Shown here: positions 38,301 through 51,074 of the stretch, in pieces
Layout: the number at the start of each line of letters is the position of its first letter
Numbering within the stretch: position 1 is the stretch's first letter
DNA from: Phoronis australis
Lineage: Eukaryota > Animalia > Phoronida
Direction: 5' to 3'
NCBI GenBank assembly: GCA_002633005.1
Contig: NMRA01000329.1
Span: forward strand, 85,219-149,218
Length of the DNA stretch: 64,000 nucleotides
Notes under the pieces: model-generated
Seen by the model: the letters and a program-made list of their open reading frames with translations, nothing else
Databases searched by the model: none
Told to the model about the DNA's origin: nothing
Program-made: the position numbers and the translations under genes

Positions 38301-41300
38301 TTTCAAAGCACGACAAAAGATGATTAAATCAGTTTCGGTTTATTAAGCCAAAATAACACTAATGAACTCCGTTGCGACAATACCATATCCACAGTAAATA
38401 AGAAGTGTTAACGTGCCTTATTCCACGAACCGATGTTTGGGACTGGTCGCAAATGAAATCATTCGACAACCACAATTTTGTGTAATGGGGTTTCCAAAGG
38501 TAATATCAGTCATTTTGTCGGAGCGATCGTAACACAGATTTAACAAGCGGACATTACATATTTATAAAATTCTTGAAACATAAAAATTGAACAGACGAAC
38601 TAACAACTGCTATTTCGTCACTTAACATGAATGTTGCTACCTTTCCGTTGAACATTTTCGTCGAAATTCCGTCCGGCGTTTGCTACTTACGACAAAAGGG
38701 AAACTTGTCGCCCGTATCTAAGTAATATTTTGTTGGTTGTTTTGGCACGTTCTTATCCGCATGGAATCCCATTTTTCCGCATCCGGCAGGGCCGCAATCA
38801 CCACATTTCCCTTTCTGGAATAAAATTTGAAAGCATCACAACACCTGCATGCATTTGTACGTGGGGTCTGTGATATATTGCGTAATCCTTTTTGCTAGCG
38901 TATTAACACGCACCTGGCTAATAAGGGGCCTGGGACTGAACACAGACTTAATAAAGGTTTGACAACAAAATGCTACTGTGTTGGAAGAAATTGTCAGTTG
39001 GGACGCTGGTGCGGTTGGAATCCCATTCCTTATTCTATGGAGTAACCCATCATTTCATCTAACGATAATTTTCTTCCGCAATGTGAGATTTGGATGTGCC
39101 GTCGACCTTTGTGTTTGTCATGCCATGTCAGCAGTTTGCAATGGACGTGAGCGTCTTTAACATCATCAACCACTCAACCAATGTAGACAGTAAGATCACA
39201 AGTCCTTAAAGCACGGTAAATGGGACAGCAGAAACACAGCATTCATTTTACCACCAAGTTAACTGATCGACTCTAAGTCACCATGGCCACAATGGGTACA
39301 CAAAGATTCAACCTAACTGGACTACGAAAAGGGTTGTATTAATCAATGGGAATTAGTCCTTAAACAATAGTTACTAACAACCTTCAGTAGCTCGGATTTA
39401 AGGGATACCTGCCTCAAAATCTTCATAGCTGTCGCATGGATAAGCGGTGAATGGACATTTTGAGTTGATGCTTTCAGTGAAGTAGTCATAAACGCGCAAG
39501 TGGTCGCATGCGACAAATTTCTTACCACCTGTAAAAGTAACACATTTTATGAATACCTGAACGATCTGTCAAGAACATTTTATTGAGGCTACGCATATTT
39601 CCAACGAAACTCTACACTGTACTTCAACAAGTCATGAATACTGAGTTTATAGAGTACAGTGTATGCCCCCAGTGTTCTTTCGTTCCTCCGCACTGTTTAT
39701 CCTTTTTGATTTTAAAGCCAATGAAACAACTGGATGCCGACTACATTCATCATCATGGAGATGAAACTGAATAACTTTGCGATGTCGTAATATTCAAAGC
39801 AGTGAAAATTTTGTGCGATTTACATATCATTTCCTAACAATTCGTTAACTCCTTTACCATCTGACAGGAAAACATCTTCCACGCCTGGAGACAATCTTTT
39901 TCACAACATTGGAAACGTGGTTAGCACCTTACATAAAAACCACGATTTCCAAAATTATGGTTTATGGTTTATTGTATTAATCATGTGGTTGCAAAAAATC
40001 ATTAGACACATCACAGAAAACGTCAGTTATTGTTGGGCACCTGACATGTCGATCAACTGAACTTACCGTCGTAAATTCCCGACACTACGACTGACGTCAC
40101 AATGCTGCTGTCACACCCAGGCTGCTTTTCTCCTCCATTTGGGTAAAAGTCTACGTGACCAATAGCATCAGCCATTCCAAAGCCTTAAAAATGGTATCCA
40201 CTGCGTAACAAAGATGTCTAATGCTAAAATTCATGGCATAAATGTTCTATAGATGACTTACGGTGGGATCTGATTCGATTCCATCAGCTCCAACGCTGCT
40301 CAAAAACTACTCGCATTTTATAAGAATACAGTTTGAAAGAGAGTTAAAGTGGCTATTTATCCACATTCTACCACAAAAAATTGGTGTACATCCGTTACCT
40401 TTATGAATTTGTTTAGATTTTTCCTTAGTCACAGTAGAGGTGATTTCATGACAGCAAAAACAACAGTTCATTATTGCTTGAAACAAACAAGTTGTCTTGT
40501 TACTGAACGTCAATTCAGTATGCGCNTAGGCAAACCAAAAAAAGCTCTTCCTAGCAAAGAATATTTTTTCAATCAATTTGCTAGCGCTAAGAGGTATACA
40601 ATGCAATATTACATTATAAGACACCAGGACGCGAGTTTATAGCCTTGGAATGTTTTATAAGACCCTAAAAATATCCGAATTTGGCTAACTTCAGAAGATC
40701 ATATCTCATAAATGGCTGGTTGGATTCAAGAACTGCTTGATGCATTATTCTCCGAAATTCTGTTTATAAATCAAAAGTTGCATAAAAAGAATTGACAATT
40801 TATAACATTGTAGCAGGTTTTTTGAAATTTCATTTAGAACATTCGTATCAAACGAAAATTACCATGAAGGTATCTTTCCATTTTGCTAAATTATACTAAA
40901 AGGACATAATCACGTGACCCAATCTATGGTGGATTGTTATACATGTAACGGCAAAAATAAATTTCACTTTTTTATAATTTCATAAATCACCCTTTTATTA
41001 ATTTAAAGTTTACAGTTTTATAAATAATTGGACGAATGCATACTGTAACCATAGGCGTCGTTTTTGCTATTTTGAGCAATTGACTGATAAGTTCGATCCG
41101 ACAAGGTTTTATATTTGTTCATCTCTTTTATTTAGTCGCATGGTATTATAAATTTCTATCCCACCAGGCGTGACTTACCGCCATCAAAAGATAACGTAGA
41201 CAGAATGTGATCGCCGTCGGTGTGAATGACGTCAACGAAGAGTGCGTCACTGGGGTCCAGTCTCACTATCTTGTCCGTATCGGTAAAGTAAGGATCAGCT

Positions 41301-44300
41301 GGGTCCAAAGCTGGAAATATACCAAGCAACACGTGAAGCGGATGCATCGAAGACTGGCAATAGCTTAGTGACATTGTTTTCTGGGCTTGAGTGCTTACAT
41401 TGTAAAAGATACCCGCTGGATGACTACACTCTATCCCACGCTAATTGCGTTGCTATGGGCGACTAGATATTTACTTGGTGGTGCGAATAAGTAAACATTC
41501 GGGTAACGTTCAGTGAAGCTCTCGCTACATGTTTTGCAACATCTAGTGCAGTTCCAGTTCCCATTGTTGAACAATATTTTGACTTCATGCTAAAATAAGT
41601 TTTCAAGCGGATAAGTTTATAATTTATATGCAAGGCAGTCTCGGTGATTATCCGCAACGCCATGAGCAATTTAAACTATTGATTTATAAAACGCATTAAT
41701 TCGCAATAAGATATTATCAGATAAAAACAGTACCACTCGAAATTTTTCTGGTAATAACACCCGCGAGATTAAGTAAAATGCTTTACTGAAAATGCAGAAG
41801 ATGGTCTATAGTTTTCTTGTAGTTTCCCAATGAATGTATTTAGTCTTTACTCATGTCATGCAGTACAAAAATTGGTACAAAGGCAACAAGTAGCCTCTAC
41901 TAGTCCTTCACCTTGTCAGGCCACACCAGAGACGCGCGCGCTGAAACTGCCTAAGTATATGTACAGGTAAATCGACTTTTTCGTCAGATTATTTTTAGTG
42001 CTGTACCTGTAATCCTGCCCAAGTATTGCAGTCTTTCTCCAGCATAGCCGGCAATGTGTGATCCCAGACTGTGGCCAACAATATGAAACGTCTCAGGAGC
42101 AGCGCCGTTCACCTGCTAATACAATCTTAATATTATTGCTGCAATTCCCACATGGGGATCACTCATAGGCCAGTAACGGAATCTACATGGCAAGATCCCT
42201 GACAGCAACGTCGTTGGAAGACAATAAGGCAGTTCACGTAAATAGACCAAACACGCGAATCACAATTCCAGAAGAGTCCACCTACCAAAAGTTAATTCGT
42301 TCAGTTGAAACGAAGTTTTTTAAAATGATTTCTGCGTCCAAATAGCAGTTGACACCCACACCGGTTTTCATTTTGATATCATCCACGACGAGTAGATATT
42401 TTTAAGTTATTTTCCAATCATGAACCAGACAGGCATTTCGGGTTATGTGTGTGCTTTTGACAAATTAAAATTAATGGTTTTAAATGTTTGGTGCAACGGA
42501 CAATGTTGAGCGGTCTGGAACACGTCTGATGTAACGTACATTGTACACCATACCACGTGCACTATCTTTTAAAGAGTGTATAAATAGTAAGAACTACGTT
42601 AATCATGTAGAAACTACAAATTAAAGCCTCAGTCACAAATACCCAGACGAACAGCTGCGAACACCGCTCTAAAGCTGGAATGGACATTTACCAAGGGCTG
42701 CAATGAAGTCGTACGAATATCCGACGTTCGTAAACAGTTTTGCTGTGTACGCCACCGTGCGGGAGAATTTTAGCCGTTCTCTTAGAATACGCTGAATATC
42801 GTTTGGCTGACCTTTGCGTGGGATTTTGTATTATTCGATCATATCTTCCCTTTTGTAATCTTTTTGAGCGTAGTGCAGCAGTCGTAAGGTGTACGTAAAG
42901 TGCTTTTGATGTGAAATTACTGAAATCCTGTGTTCAGCTCTTAGGAGTCTATATGCTTACGAGCGCCATCAAAATGCCCAATGTTTGCTAACTTTTTTGA
43001 TGAAAGCAGACAAATGACCCTAGAAACGAAATGTGAAGGCATCACTTGAAGCAAATGCGATTCACGGAAACAGAATTTCCCAGAAGTGACGATAGTCATT
43101 TATACCCGACAATACATGTATTTGTCGAAAGTCGTGACATCTTTTTAACAACGGCTTGGATAGTTTCACGAGACCAGCACTACTGTTCGGTATTACCGAC
43201 TAAAAAAATAAACATGTAAGACGTCGGTATTACGTTGTAAAGTAAGACAATTTTAAGGCACTCAGTTACGTTCAATAAGAACTACTCAAGACAAGAGCAC
43301 AACCGAAAAACACTGCGTTTCTTCATATGAGCCTCAAGCTGCTTCAACCTGTGAATTGAACGGCGAAAGTACGAATTTAGTTTTAACATCACCGTGAAGA
43401 ATCGGTACACTTTGCACAAATGTCTGCGAATTCTGAAATTCTGTGAAACTGTGCGATTCGTGCAAACTGTCGTTGTTAAGAATATCTGTAACCTTAGCTT
43501 ATTGAAACACGATGTGACCGTTAGGCCTACTGAAATCAGTTGCACAATGCAGGTGTGAAGAGAAATCTGGAAATTTTGAAAGCCAAGTTAGTGTGTTCGT
43601 GAATGTTTTAGTACCTGTTACAAACCTGATAAGACGTGGCATGAGCTAACCGGTCGAAGGCATGAAATATCTCTTACCTTCTACGCATCATGGTACATAC
43701 CTGGAGGAATTCTATAAGGTGCGCCAACTCAGCCCCGACTGCCCTAGTGTTGGCTGTAGCTTGAGTGTACGGCAGTCCCGATCCTTTACCCCAGTCAACG
43801 AGAATGACGTTGAAATCTCCCCGTAAAAGGAAGGCCTGTTTCATTTGCTGAAAGAAACAAAACCGAGAATGACCAACATGCAAGTGCGCGTGTGCGTGTG
43901 CGGGCGCGTGCACGTGACAGTTATGTGTGTTAAAGATGCTATGTCTGATGAAAACTGTGGATATTTAAATGTGTAGCAAGTGTCACTTTATGATTTCCTG
44001 TAAAACTGTGTGTACAGGAATAATCGGGGAAAGAAACATTTTTACATAAATTGCGGTTTCAAAGAAAGACCACAAGTCTAAACACATAAAAATATTAGTA
44101 ATCTCAAATATTACGCAATCGTTATTGGATAGGGAAATAAGCAAATAATAAAAAATGTGCCAAGTTTCATTAGCATAATAAAGAAATATAACCATACTCA
44201 TTTTTTAAAATAGTCTTGCAAGATGGTAAAAGTATCTAGTTCCCGGAAGGTTTCCGACACACTGGAGGACCTGGGTTTTTGTAAACTAGTAATTCTTTTG

Positions 44301-45848
44301 TATAGTCACAGTTTAAAGAGACTATGCGTCTTTGACAATATTTAACATCCCAACTTCATCGACCAATCACTCCATTAACCGCCATTTCCCAAGGTTACGC
44401 TAGTACATCTCGACTATAATCACTGGAATTCCAATCGCGTGATTTTGTGTGTTCTTTCTTGGTCTAGCTATCCTCTCAAGAAACTTGGCTTACGGAACGC
44501 GACCCAGTTCACTAAAGGATCAAAAACGCATAGCAATACAAGCCAGACATTACCGCAGATAACGCACTCTAGTGAGATACAGTCAATGTGTTGGGAAAAT
44601 ACTAGAAATCAGACAGTTGATAATGTCGCTAATCAATAGGATGAGAACGACAACCATGGGTCGAGGATATTAGGAATTATCTTTTTTGGTTACAAATTAA
44701 AAAAAAATCATCAGCTGAGTGAGAGGCTTGCTGGCGCAGGTCACCAAATGCCTCTCGTCGTACCGTCTTTTAAGAACCAATTGATCGTTCAAACTCACAA
44801 CTGGTTCGCATCCCGTGTGCCTGTGGCACTTTTGCAATCTGCTCAGGTGTTTCAATAGCGTAACAAGCATACTATGTGCTTAGGTAAATAGCAAAAACGA
44901 TGAAGCGATAACTTTAATGCGTCAAATTCGCTATGTATGAATAGGCCTATGTGTGTGTCTGTGTGAGTACGTGCGTGTGCGTGTGCATGTATGCATCTGC
45001 AAGGTAGGTAAAACGAATCTGCATGGACTTATGCTTTTAGCCGAAATGGGCGTCACACTAATGACAGTCAACATATTTTCTTTTCAAATAAGATTTTTTC
45101 TAATATATTGAGAAAAGAAACTTACAAATAATGTCAAATATGTGGCGGCCAAACATTGACATCGCGCGTTTCATTTTTAATTATCTCAGGATTTCGAGAT
45201 AATCAAGTCGGGATCTCGAGAGCCTGAGATAATTAAAAAAACAGACCCGCGCAGTCATTTTTGGGCCCCCATACAAACACGAGTTTAACCAATGATGTAT
45301 TTAACCCACTGAGTTTAACAATAAAAGTTCCTCCATGTAAAAAAACCAAAGTTCATACCAAAGAAATACCGGCTATGATTCAGGACAAAAATCATGTCCT
45401 GGCTAACAATTATATAACGTGTGTGCATGTGTGTTAAGAGTGAGAATAGCTTGACTTTTTGTCTTACAGGTCTTCGTATTTATGTTCTCTCCAATAAAAA
45501 AGGAAAAAAGTCCATACGAAAGAAATATTGTGATTCAGAATAAAAAAATGTTCTGGCTAATAATTATATAACTCACGTGCATCCATTGGGCTAAGTTTGT
45601 GTCCTCAATAAAACCATGGATTATCACTTTCGTTGGCCGGCTGGCGTTGAAATCCGACCTCTGAAGCATCACCCTATTGCCTGGCATAATGTCATAGCCC
45701 ACGTGCAGGCTACGGCGAGAGAACACCGTGTACTTTATATCCAAGTCTTCCGGACATCTTGGCAAAAAGCTCAATGGACGAGCTTTTGACGTGAATGGAT
45801 AGGCCGTACTAAAACACCCGACATCGCGGCAGCATTTGTTTCGTGACG
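35303..45848 (-). CDS. Pancreatic lipase-related protein, lipase B; 10 coding exons identified, signal-peptide exon not identified
   Basis: Exons (minus): 45848-45577, 43847-43701, 42112-42007, 41310-41179, 40183-40067, 39528-39413, 38814-38691, 37512-37395, 36869-36675, 35372-35303 (TGA). Motifs: CCRDVGCF, VIIHGF, NVILVDW, YTQATANTRAVG, HIVGHSLGSH, LDPA, VDVIHTD, GHVDFYPNGG..QPGC, CDHLR, PLAT-like end FYPCS*. AATAAA on minus at 35112-35117. Confidence 0.94.
36675..36869 (-). CDS. Lipase B PLAT exon 2
   Basis: DIFIEPGKTYSFSV...DIGSLRTVDLRW...VTVSAGELAQ. Confidence 0.9.
37395..37512 (-). CDS. Lipase B PLAT exon 1
   Basis: RYHFQMKVSVGNDGRKEYGKIYVVMYGS...LLLTP. Confidence 0.9.
38691..38814 (-). 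CDS. Lipase B Cys-rich exon
   Basis: KGKCGDCGPAGCGKMGFHAD...YYLDTGDKFPFC. Confidence 0.93.
39413..39528 (-). CDS. Lipase B exon with catalytic His (probable GC donor)
   Basis: GGKKFVACDHLRVYDYFTESINSKCPFTAYPCDSYEDFE; ends GAG|GCAGGT (alternative GT donor 4 nt further, exon end 39409). Confidence 0.9.
40067..40183 (-). CDS. Lipase B lid exon
   Basis: GFGMADAIGHVDFYPNGGEKQPGCDSSIVTSVVVSGIYD. Confidence 0.94.
41179..41310 (-). CDS. Lipase B exon with catalytic Asp
   Basis: ALDPADPYFTDTDKIVRLDPSDALFVDVIHTDGDHILSTLSFDG. Confidence 0.95.
42007..42112 (-). CDS. Lipase B exon with GHSLG
   Basis: VNGAAPETFHIVGHSLGSHIAGYAGERLQYLGRIT; AG/GT ends. Confidence 0.95.
43701..43847 (-). CDS. Lipase B exon (NVILVDW)
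   Basis: QMKQAFLLRGDFNVILVDWGKGSGLPYTQATANTRAVGAELAHLIEFLQ. Confidence 0.94.
45139..45273. mobile_element. Palindromic MITE with 4-bp TSD
   Basis: CAAA|TATGTGGCGGCCAAA...TTTTTAATTATCTCAGG...CCTGAGATAATTAAAAA...TTTGGGCCCCCATA|CAAA. Confidence 0.75.
45577..45848 (-). CDS. Lipase B N-terminal exon
   Basis: SRNKCCRDVGCFSTAYPF...FNASRPTKVIIHGF...QWMH; AG/GT ends. Confidence 0.92.
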
Positions 45849-48800
45849 CTGGAATTAATAATGTTTTGGGTCACGAAGGTACTCACGAACGCTTAGTTTG
45901 CAAGAATCTGTACGTCCCTACATATTACTAATGCCTGGGTCACAAATCATACGAACTGTTGCTAACGACATGAAAACGCTTTTGACAAGTTCGGCCACGG
46001 CTTTTAGGCTGTGGTACCACAATCCCCGTTTGTTCACGGCTGTTAGGTTTGCAGCCAAGTCGATGATTTTCATTCAATGATGTTTACGAAAGTATTACGT
46101 ACATTGTAAACGAGTAATTTCAAGGCCTACGCAAGAGTGAATGACGAAGTTACATGTAAGAAGGATTTTACAAGACGTTAGTGAAATATTTAGGAAATTG
46201 AAGACAGTTCTTTCACGGTAATTGTAAGCATGACTTCAAGTTGTTCTCAAACATGTTCTCGACAAATTTGCTTGAAATCACATTAGTCTTTCTACCAGGG
46301 ACTTGACAGCACCGGGCGTTTTACGCAACAATATGCCTGTGAGTATGTCGTCAAAATGCACTTGGAAAATAAATTAAGAAACCTATTACTCGATCTTACG
46401 ACATTTTCTCAAGAACAACTCGATTTGCTCTAGCGAATTGTAATGCTGGCCGAACTTCATATGAAGGTCCTAAGACAACTTTCCTCCTTTACAAATGTCC
46501 GTGAACTCGGAAATTCGAAGGACCTGGAGATTTCTTACCTACAGGTGGTGCATCTATCATTCGTAAGAAGCATGACAGTAGCTAAGTACTCAAATAGCGG
46601 CATGAAGTTTCATTGACTACGTACAAGTATATTAACGAGTTCATATTCTGCGACTGCCTTTCAACTCAGTGCAAGGCAAACTTAGTCATTGCTCAGAAAA
46701 AAAAAACGCCTTTTGGCCCTGCCAAGGCCCTAAATTCCTTGTGTTACGCTGGTGAAGGGGTACCTTTGGGTCATCTGACGGTATGTTTTATGCGATTATT
46801 CATTTTGTTGAGTGGTCGTACCGTGCGGCAACCATATTCTCAACTTACGGCACTGTCAAGTCGTTAGTGGAATCGTAAAACTTTCGACAAATTTTCTCGA
46901 GGTGTTGAAATCATTTTGGATAGCTTCGATAGCTTTTTCCTGTCCGTTCCTTTAGGGCACTTGTCTGAATAGCTTTTTTCCTTCTAAAGCCTTGCTGAAA
47001 TAATAAGAATTTGTAACCTTGTTCGGTATATACCGCTAAAAACGACACGAATTTTGATCGAAGCTATGTCTATAACGAGCATTTTACGATGGCCCATGAG
47101 CCCGCTCACTTCGTGAAAACAGTGTCGAATATCCAGTAAGAATCGATTGACTGCACGAACAATGTACAGTCCGCAAGTCGTTGGATGTATAGCTTAAAGA
47201 GCTCACTTTGGACTCTAGTTTGTTTCTCAAGTGAAAAATCCTCATATTTGATTAGTTCTTGTATAACTTACCAAAACTTTCAGGATTCATTCTGATAGAG
47301 CTGGTATAGCGACCACCATGAAGTCTCCTTTATAGCATCAACGTATGACATACATGTACGTGAATATATAACCTGTGATACTCAAAAGGTTTCCCAGAAA
47401 CTAACAATGTTTCACCTTTGCCACTGTGACTACTTGGATTATAAAAGTACCACCCACCGCTCTATTCACCTGACCTTCACAAAAATTAGCAGTCCAAACG
47501 TAATCTTGTTGTTTAAGAACGCCAGCGCATCATCTTGAATTTAGAGGATTTTAATAATTTTATAATGTAATGAACGCGCACTATTTTGATCCACTAGTGA
47601 ATTTTATGTGTTCTGGCTCCGCTTTGCCTAGGAACATAATCACCCGATTTTTCTCCATTTTCCTACTCCACTCCATCTGTTCATTAGGCAAACCTTACGC
47701 TAGCAAGATTTACACTAAGTGTACAAGAAAGCGCGCACTGATACGCCGTAACAAGTTGTTACATTTTATGTAATTGTTACAATTTACGTCGAATGCACAT
47801 GCGAGAAATGTACCATTGTTACATCTTACGAAAGCGACGTCATATTTCATGAGTTTGCAAGATATTTGTCACACGGAGGAAAACCGTTCACACACTTTAC
47901 GCCTTCTTTTTCGGATTGTGTGAATGAAATTTTATCAAACTGCCAGGTCGACTTTATAGATGTGTCCCTTTGTACTTTCCATGTTTTTTTGAAGATGAGT
48001 AGTTTAATGGTATAGTAAAAAATGTCAAGCGTAGTTTCAATCCCACCCGAAAGGAGTTTCCAGGATCAGGCAACAAGTTTTTTTATCGTTAAAATGTTTT
48101 TGCATTTTTGTTGATGCTAATAAACCAATTTTTTCCGACATTACAGTAAACACACTTCCCAATTTAAGAACAACAATGACGTCGTATTTGGCTAATATTT
48201 ATCGTATTTCTTCGGGAACGAACGACAATAACAATTTTTCAAGGAGAATTGAATTTCGGAAGCCAATTTGATAGTCCGCGATAGTTTGGTTTATTTCGGC
48301 CTGTATTTTATTGCCTTGGAGCCATCGCTTATGCAGTAATTGCCATGCTTCACACAAAAGGAGCAAAACCAAAGTTTCTGATACCGACAGGTGCTGTCTA
48401 CCACTTTCGTTACGAATCACGATTTCTTAAAGATATTGTGGTGGAAGGAAATAAAAGCACGCATTTAATTCGCCGGCAGGTTTACAGATTTTGCAAAAGC
48501 ATCAGCAAAATATCGACTTTGAGAAAGGGAATTAGTTCAAAAAAGTGGCGGCATAGTGACGAAAGAAATATCATTGTTCATACGATGTCAAACCTGTCTA
48601 AATAAGTTGTGGTAACAACAGGTCAAACCGTGACGTGTAAACGTAAAAATGGGATGCCTAGCACTCTGAAAGGACATGATCATTTAGCTCAAATCTGATC
48701 TAGATCTATAGTTTAAAGGGGTAATGGTCCAAAAAGTTGACTGTTGGGCTTTCGGACCATAAAAACATGCACTTTCTCTTTCTGTTACCTTTTAAGAATG

Positions 48801-48936
48801 TGAATTAAAATTGCTATTTGACCAATGGTCGTTGGTTCGAAGTACAAATGAATAAGGATAAAGATTGAACATTCTATTATTAATGGATGTGAAATCACGT
48901 GTTCATGAGGCGCCATTTTTGTGTTGCAGGTCGCAG

Positions 48937-50413
48937 ATAAAGGAATTTGGTATGTTGATCCTTTTTGATGCATTGCGTCTTAATCTTTTTGATGCATTAC
49001 ATTAAATGCTCATATTAAACATCGCTGACTTCGACGTTGGCGCTTTTTGTTCCATACAATCAACTTTCAATGAAATCTAGTTCAAATCATTCCGCTTAAT
49101 CACTGTGTTTTTCTAAGACTATTGGGGCCCATTCCAAATAAAATTGTTGCTTGCCTTGTATATCCGTTACACGCTATTCTAATGACGCAGTGACCGCAGC
49201 TGACTAGTCGTTAGTTCTCGAAAAATGTCTGCCTCCAGAGGTCAACGTAACGCAATTTTGAACTAACACATCCGTTCTTTGACAAGGAATGTTTTCAATA
49301 AGAGACAATTTTGCGCCCTTTACTGCTGTTTTCCTTCAGCTCCGGGGACCCAACCCGTTTTCACTGATGTACAATGGTGCACTTACGCTCAGAATGTACG
49401 ATGACACATGGCTTTCCTCTATTTCCACACAATTACGTAGCACTCGTGGCAGAATTAATGGAGCAGAATACTTGCTGTGGGCTNCTTTGCAGGTTGTTAT
49501 AGCCCAGTTGGCTGTTTGGTGTACCCACTTGGTACTTTATATGATATTTGCACATTTGGCAGTTTGTACCCACTTGGTACTTGTTATTGAATTCGCCGTT
49601 TTGCTCGACCCAGTTGGTAGGCAATCGGCCAATACCCATTTGGTATTATGTACCCATTTGGTACTACGCTAACCTGTGCCACTTAGCATCCGATACTCAG
49701 TTGTACTTTGGGTATCGGAAATGTGTGTGTGTTATCTCTTGTAATTAAGGAACCCATCTGTTTCCTTCTGTGAAATAGTTATTTGTAGAGCTGTGACCCT
49801 GAAATTCCCAATACAACTTAAAATATACATTATTCTTGTTGTTTTATTTGTCCCCAATAAAGGAATTTGGTATGTTGATCCTTTTGATGCATTGCGTCTT
49901 AATATTTTTGATGCATTACATTAAAAGCTCATATTAAACATCGCTGACTTCGACGTTGGCGCTTTTTGTTCCAAACAATCAACTTTCAATGAAATCTAGT
50001 TCAAATCATTCCGCTTAATCACTGTGTTTTTCTAAGACTATTGGGGCCCATTCCAAATAAAATTGTTGTTTGTCTTGTATATCCGTTACACGCTATTCTA
50101 ATGACGCAGTGACCGCAGCTGACTAGTCGTTAGTTCTCGAAAAATGTCTGCCTCCAGAGGTCAACGTAACGCAATTTTGAACTAACACATCCGTTCTTTG
50201 ACAAGGAATGTTTTCAATAAGAGACAATTTTGCGCCTTTACTGCTGTTTCCCTTCAGCTCCGGGGACCCAACCCGTTTTCACTGATGTACAATGGTGCAC
50301 TTACGCTCAGAATGTACGATGACACATGGCTTTCCTCTATTTCCAACTGCCGCTAAGTGACCCAATTACGTCGCACTCTTGGCAGAATTAATGGAGCAGA
50401 ATACTTGCTGTGG
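48937..50413. repeat. Near-identical direct repeat of about 550 bp (48937-49480 and 49857-50413) with a spacer of about 375 bp
   Basis: Both copies run ATAAAGGAATTTGGTATGTTGATCC...ATACTTGCTGTGG with only scattered substitutions and small indels; a single n at 49484 sits at the end of copy 1. Confidence 0.95.
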
Positions 50414-51022
50414 ACTACTTCCGGGTTTAGATTATACAAGTCACGTGTTTTGACAAATTTTCAAAATTCAAAACCAAATCAGGTGTATTTTTCACGAACT
50501 ATTCGATATGCTGTTCAAAATCTTTCAAATTGCAATTCTAAAACTTATATGTTGTTGCCACCAGAGTTTACATCCATAATTATGATGGACCGTGCACCTG
50601 AAGCAGGATCTGTTTTGAACTGTGGTAACGACGGATTTGGATTTAAAGGATGGCGAACCGTTCGCGTTTGGGGACCGGTCAACGTACAGTAGGATTCTGT
50701 TCGAGATGGCAAAATCCTGTCGAGGACACGCACCGTGCGAAGAATACGCTTTGTAGTATTGTGATGGGGTTGGTACATTAAAATATTTATTTGCAGAGCG
50801 CATGATTCTGTAAAGTGTCAGAACTGTCCAAGTACCGCATGAACATGGTTTGTTCTTTGAAATCGCCGCTTAAGTCTTCCCCGGCCAATTGAAAATGACA
50901 ATGTAATGCTTTCAAAGATATTCATGCTCCCTTTACTGTGCGAACGTTACGAATTATCAAACCAAACCAAACCTGGCCGATCGCATGACAACCAAGTATC
51001 TTGAGATAATCAGCAGTACTAA

Positions 51023-51074
51023 CATGGGGGCTGGGGGGCTATAGCCCCACTTTTTCGGTGCTGCGCCGCCCATG
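51023..51074. mobile_element. Inverted, shortened copy of the mini-MITE family
   Basis: CATGGGGGCTGGGGGGCTATAGCCCCACTTTTTCGGTGCTGCGCCGCCCATG is largely the reverse complement of the 33367-33432 unit. Confidence 0.75.

Noticed and set aside
49501-49670. CRISPR-like repeat/spacer appearance
   Set aside because: Eukaryotic context, repeats only 13-15 bp and degenerate, irregular spacers, no cas genes.
48937-50413. Interpretation as an LTR retrotransposon/TRIM or a KolobokP long-direct-repeat element
   Set aside because: No TG..CA or TTAA/TIR boundaries, primer-binding site, polypurine tract or TSD at the repeat edges.
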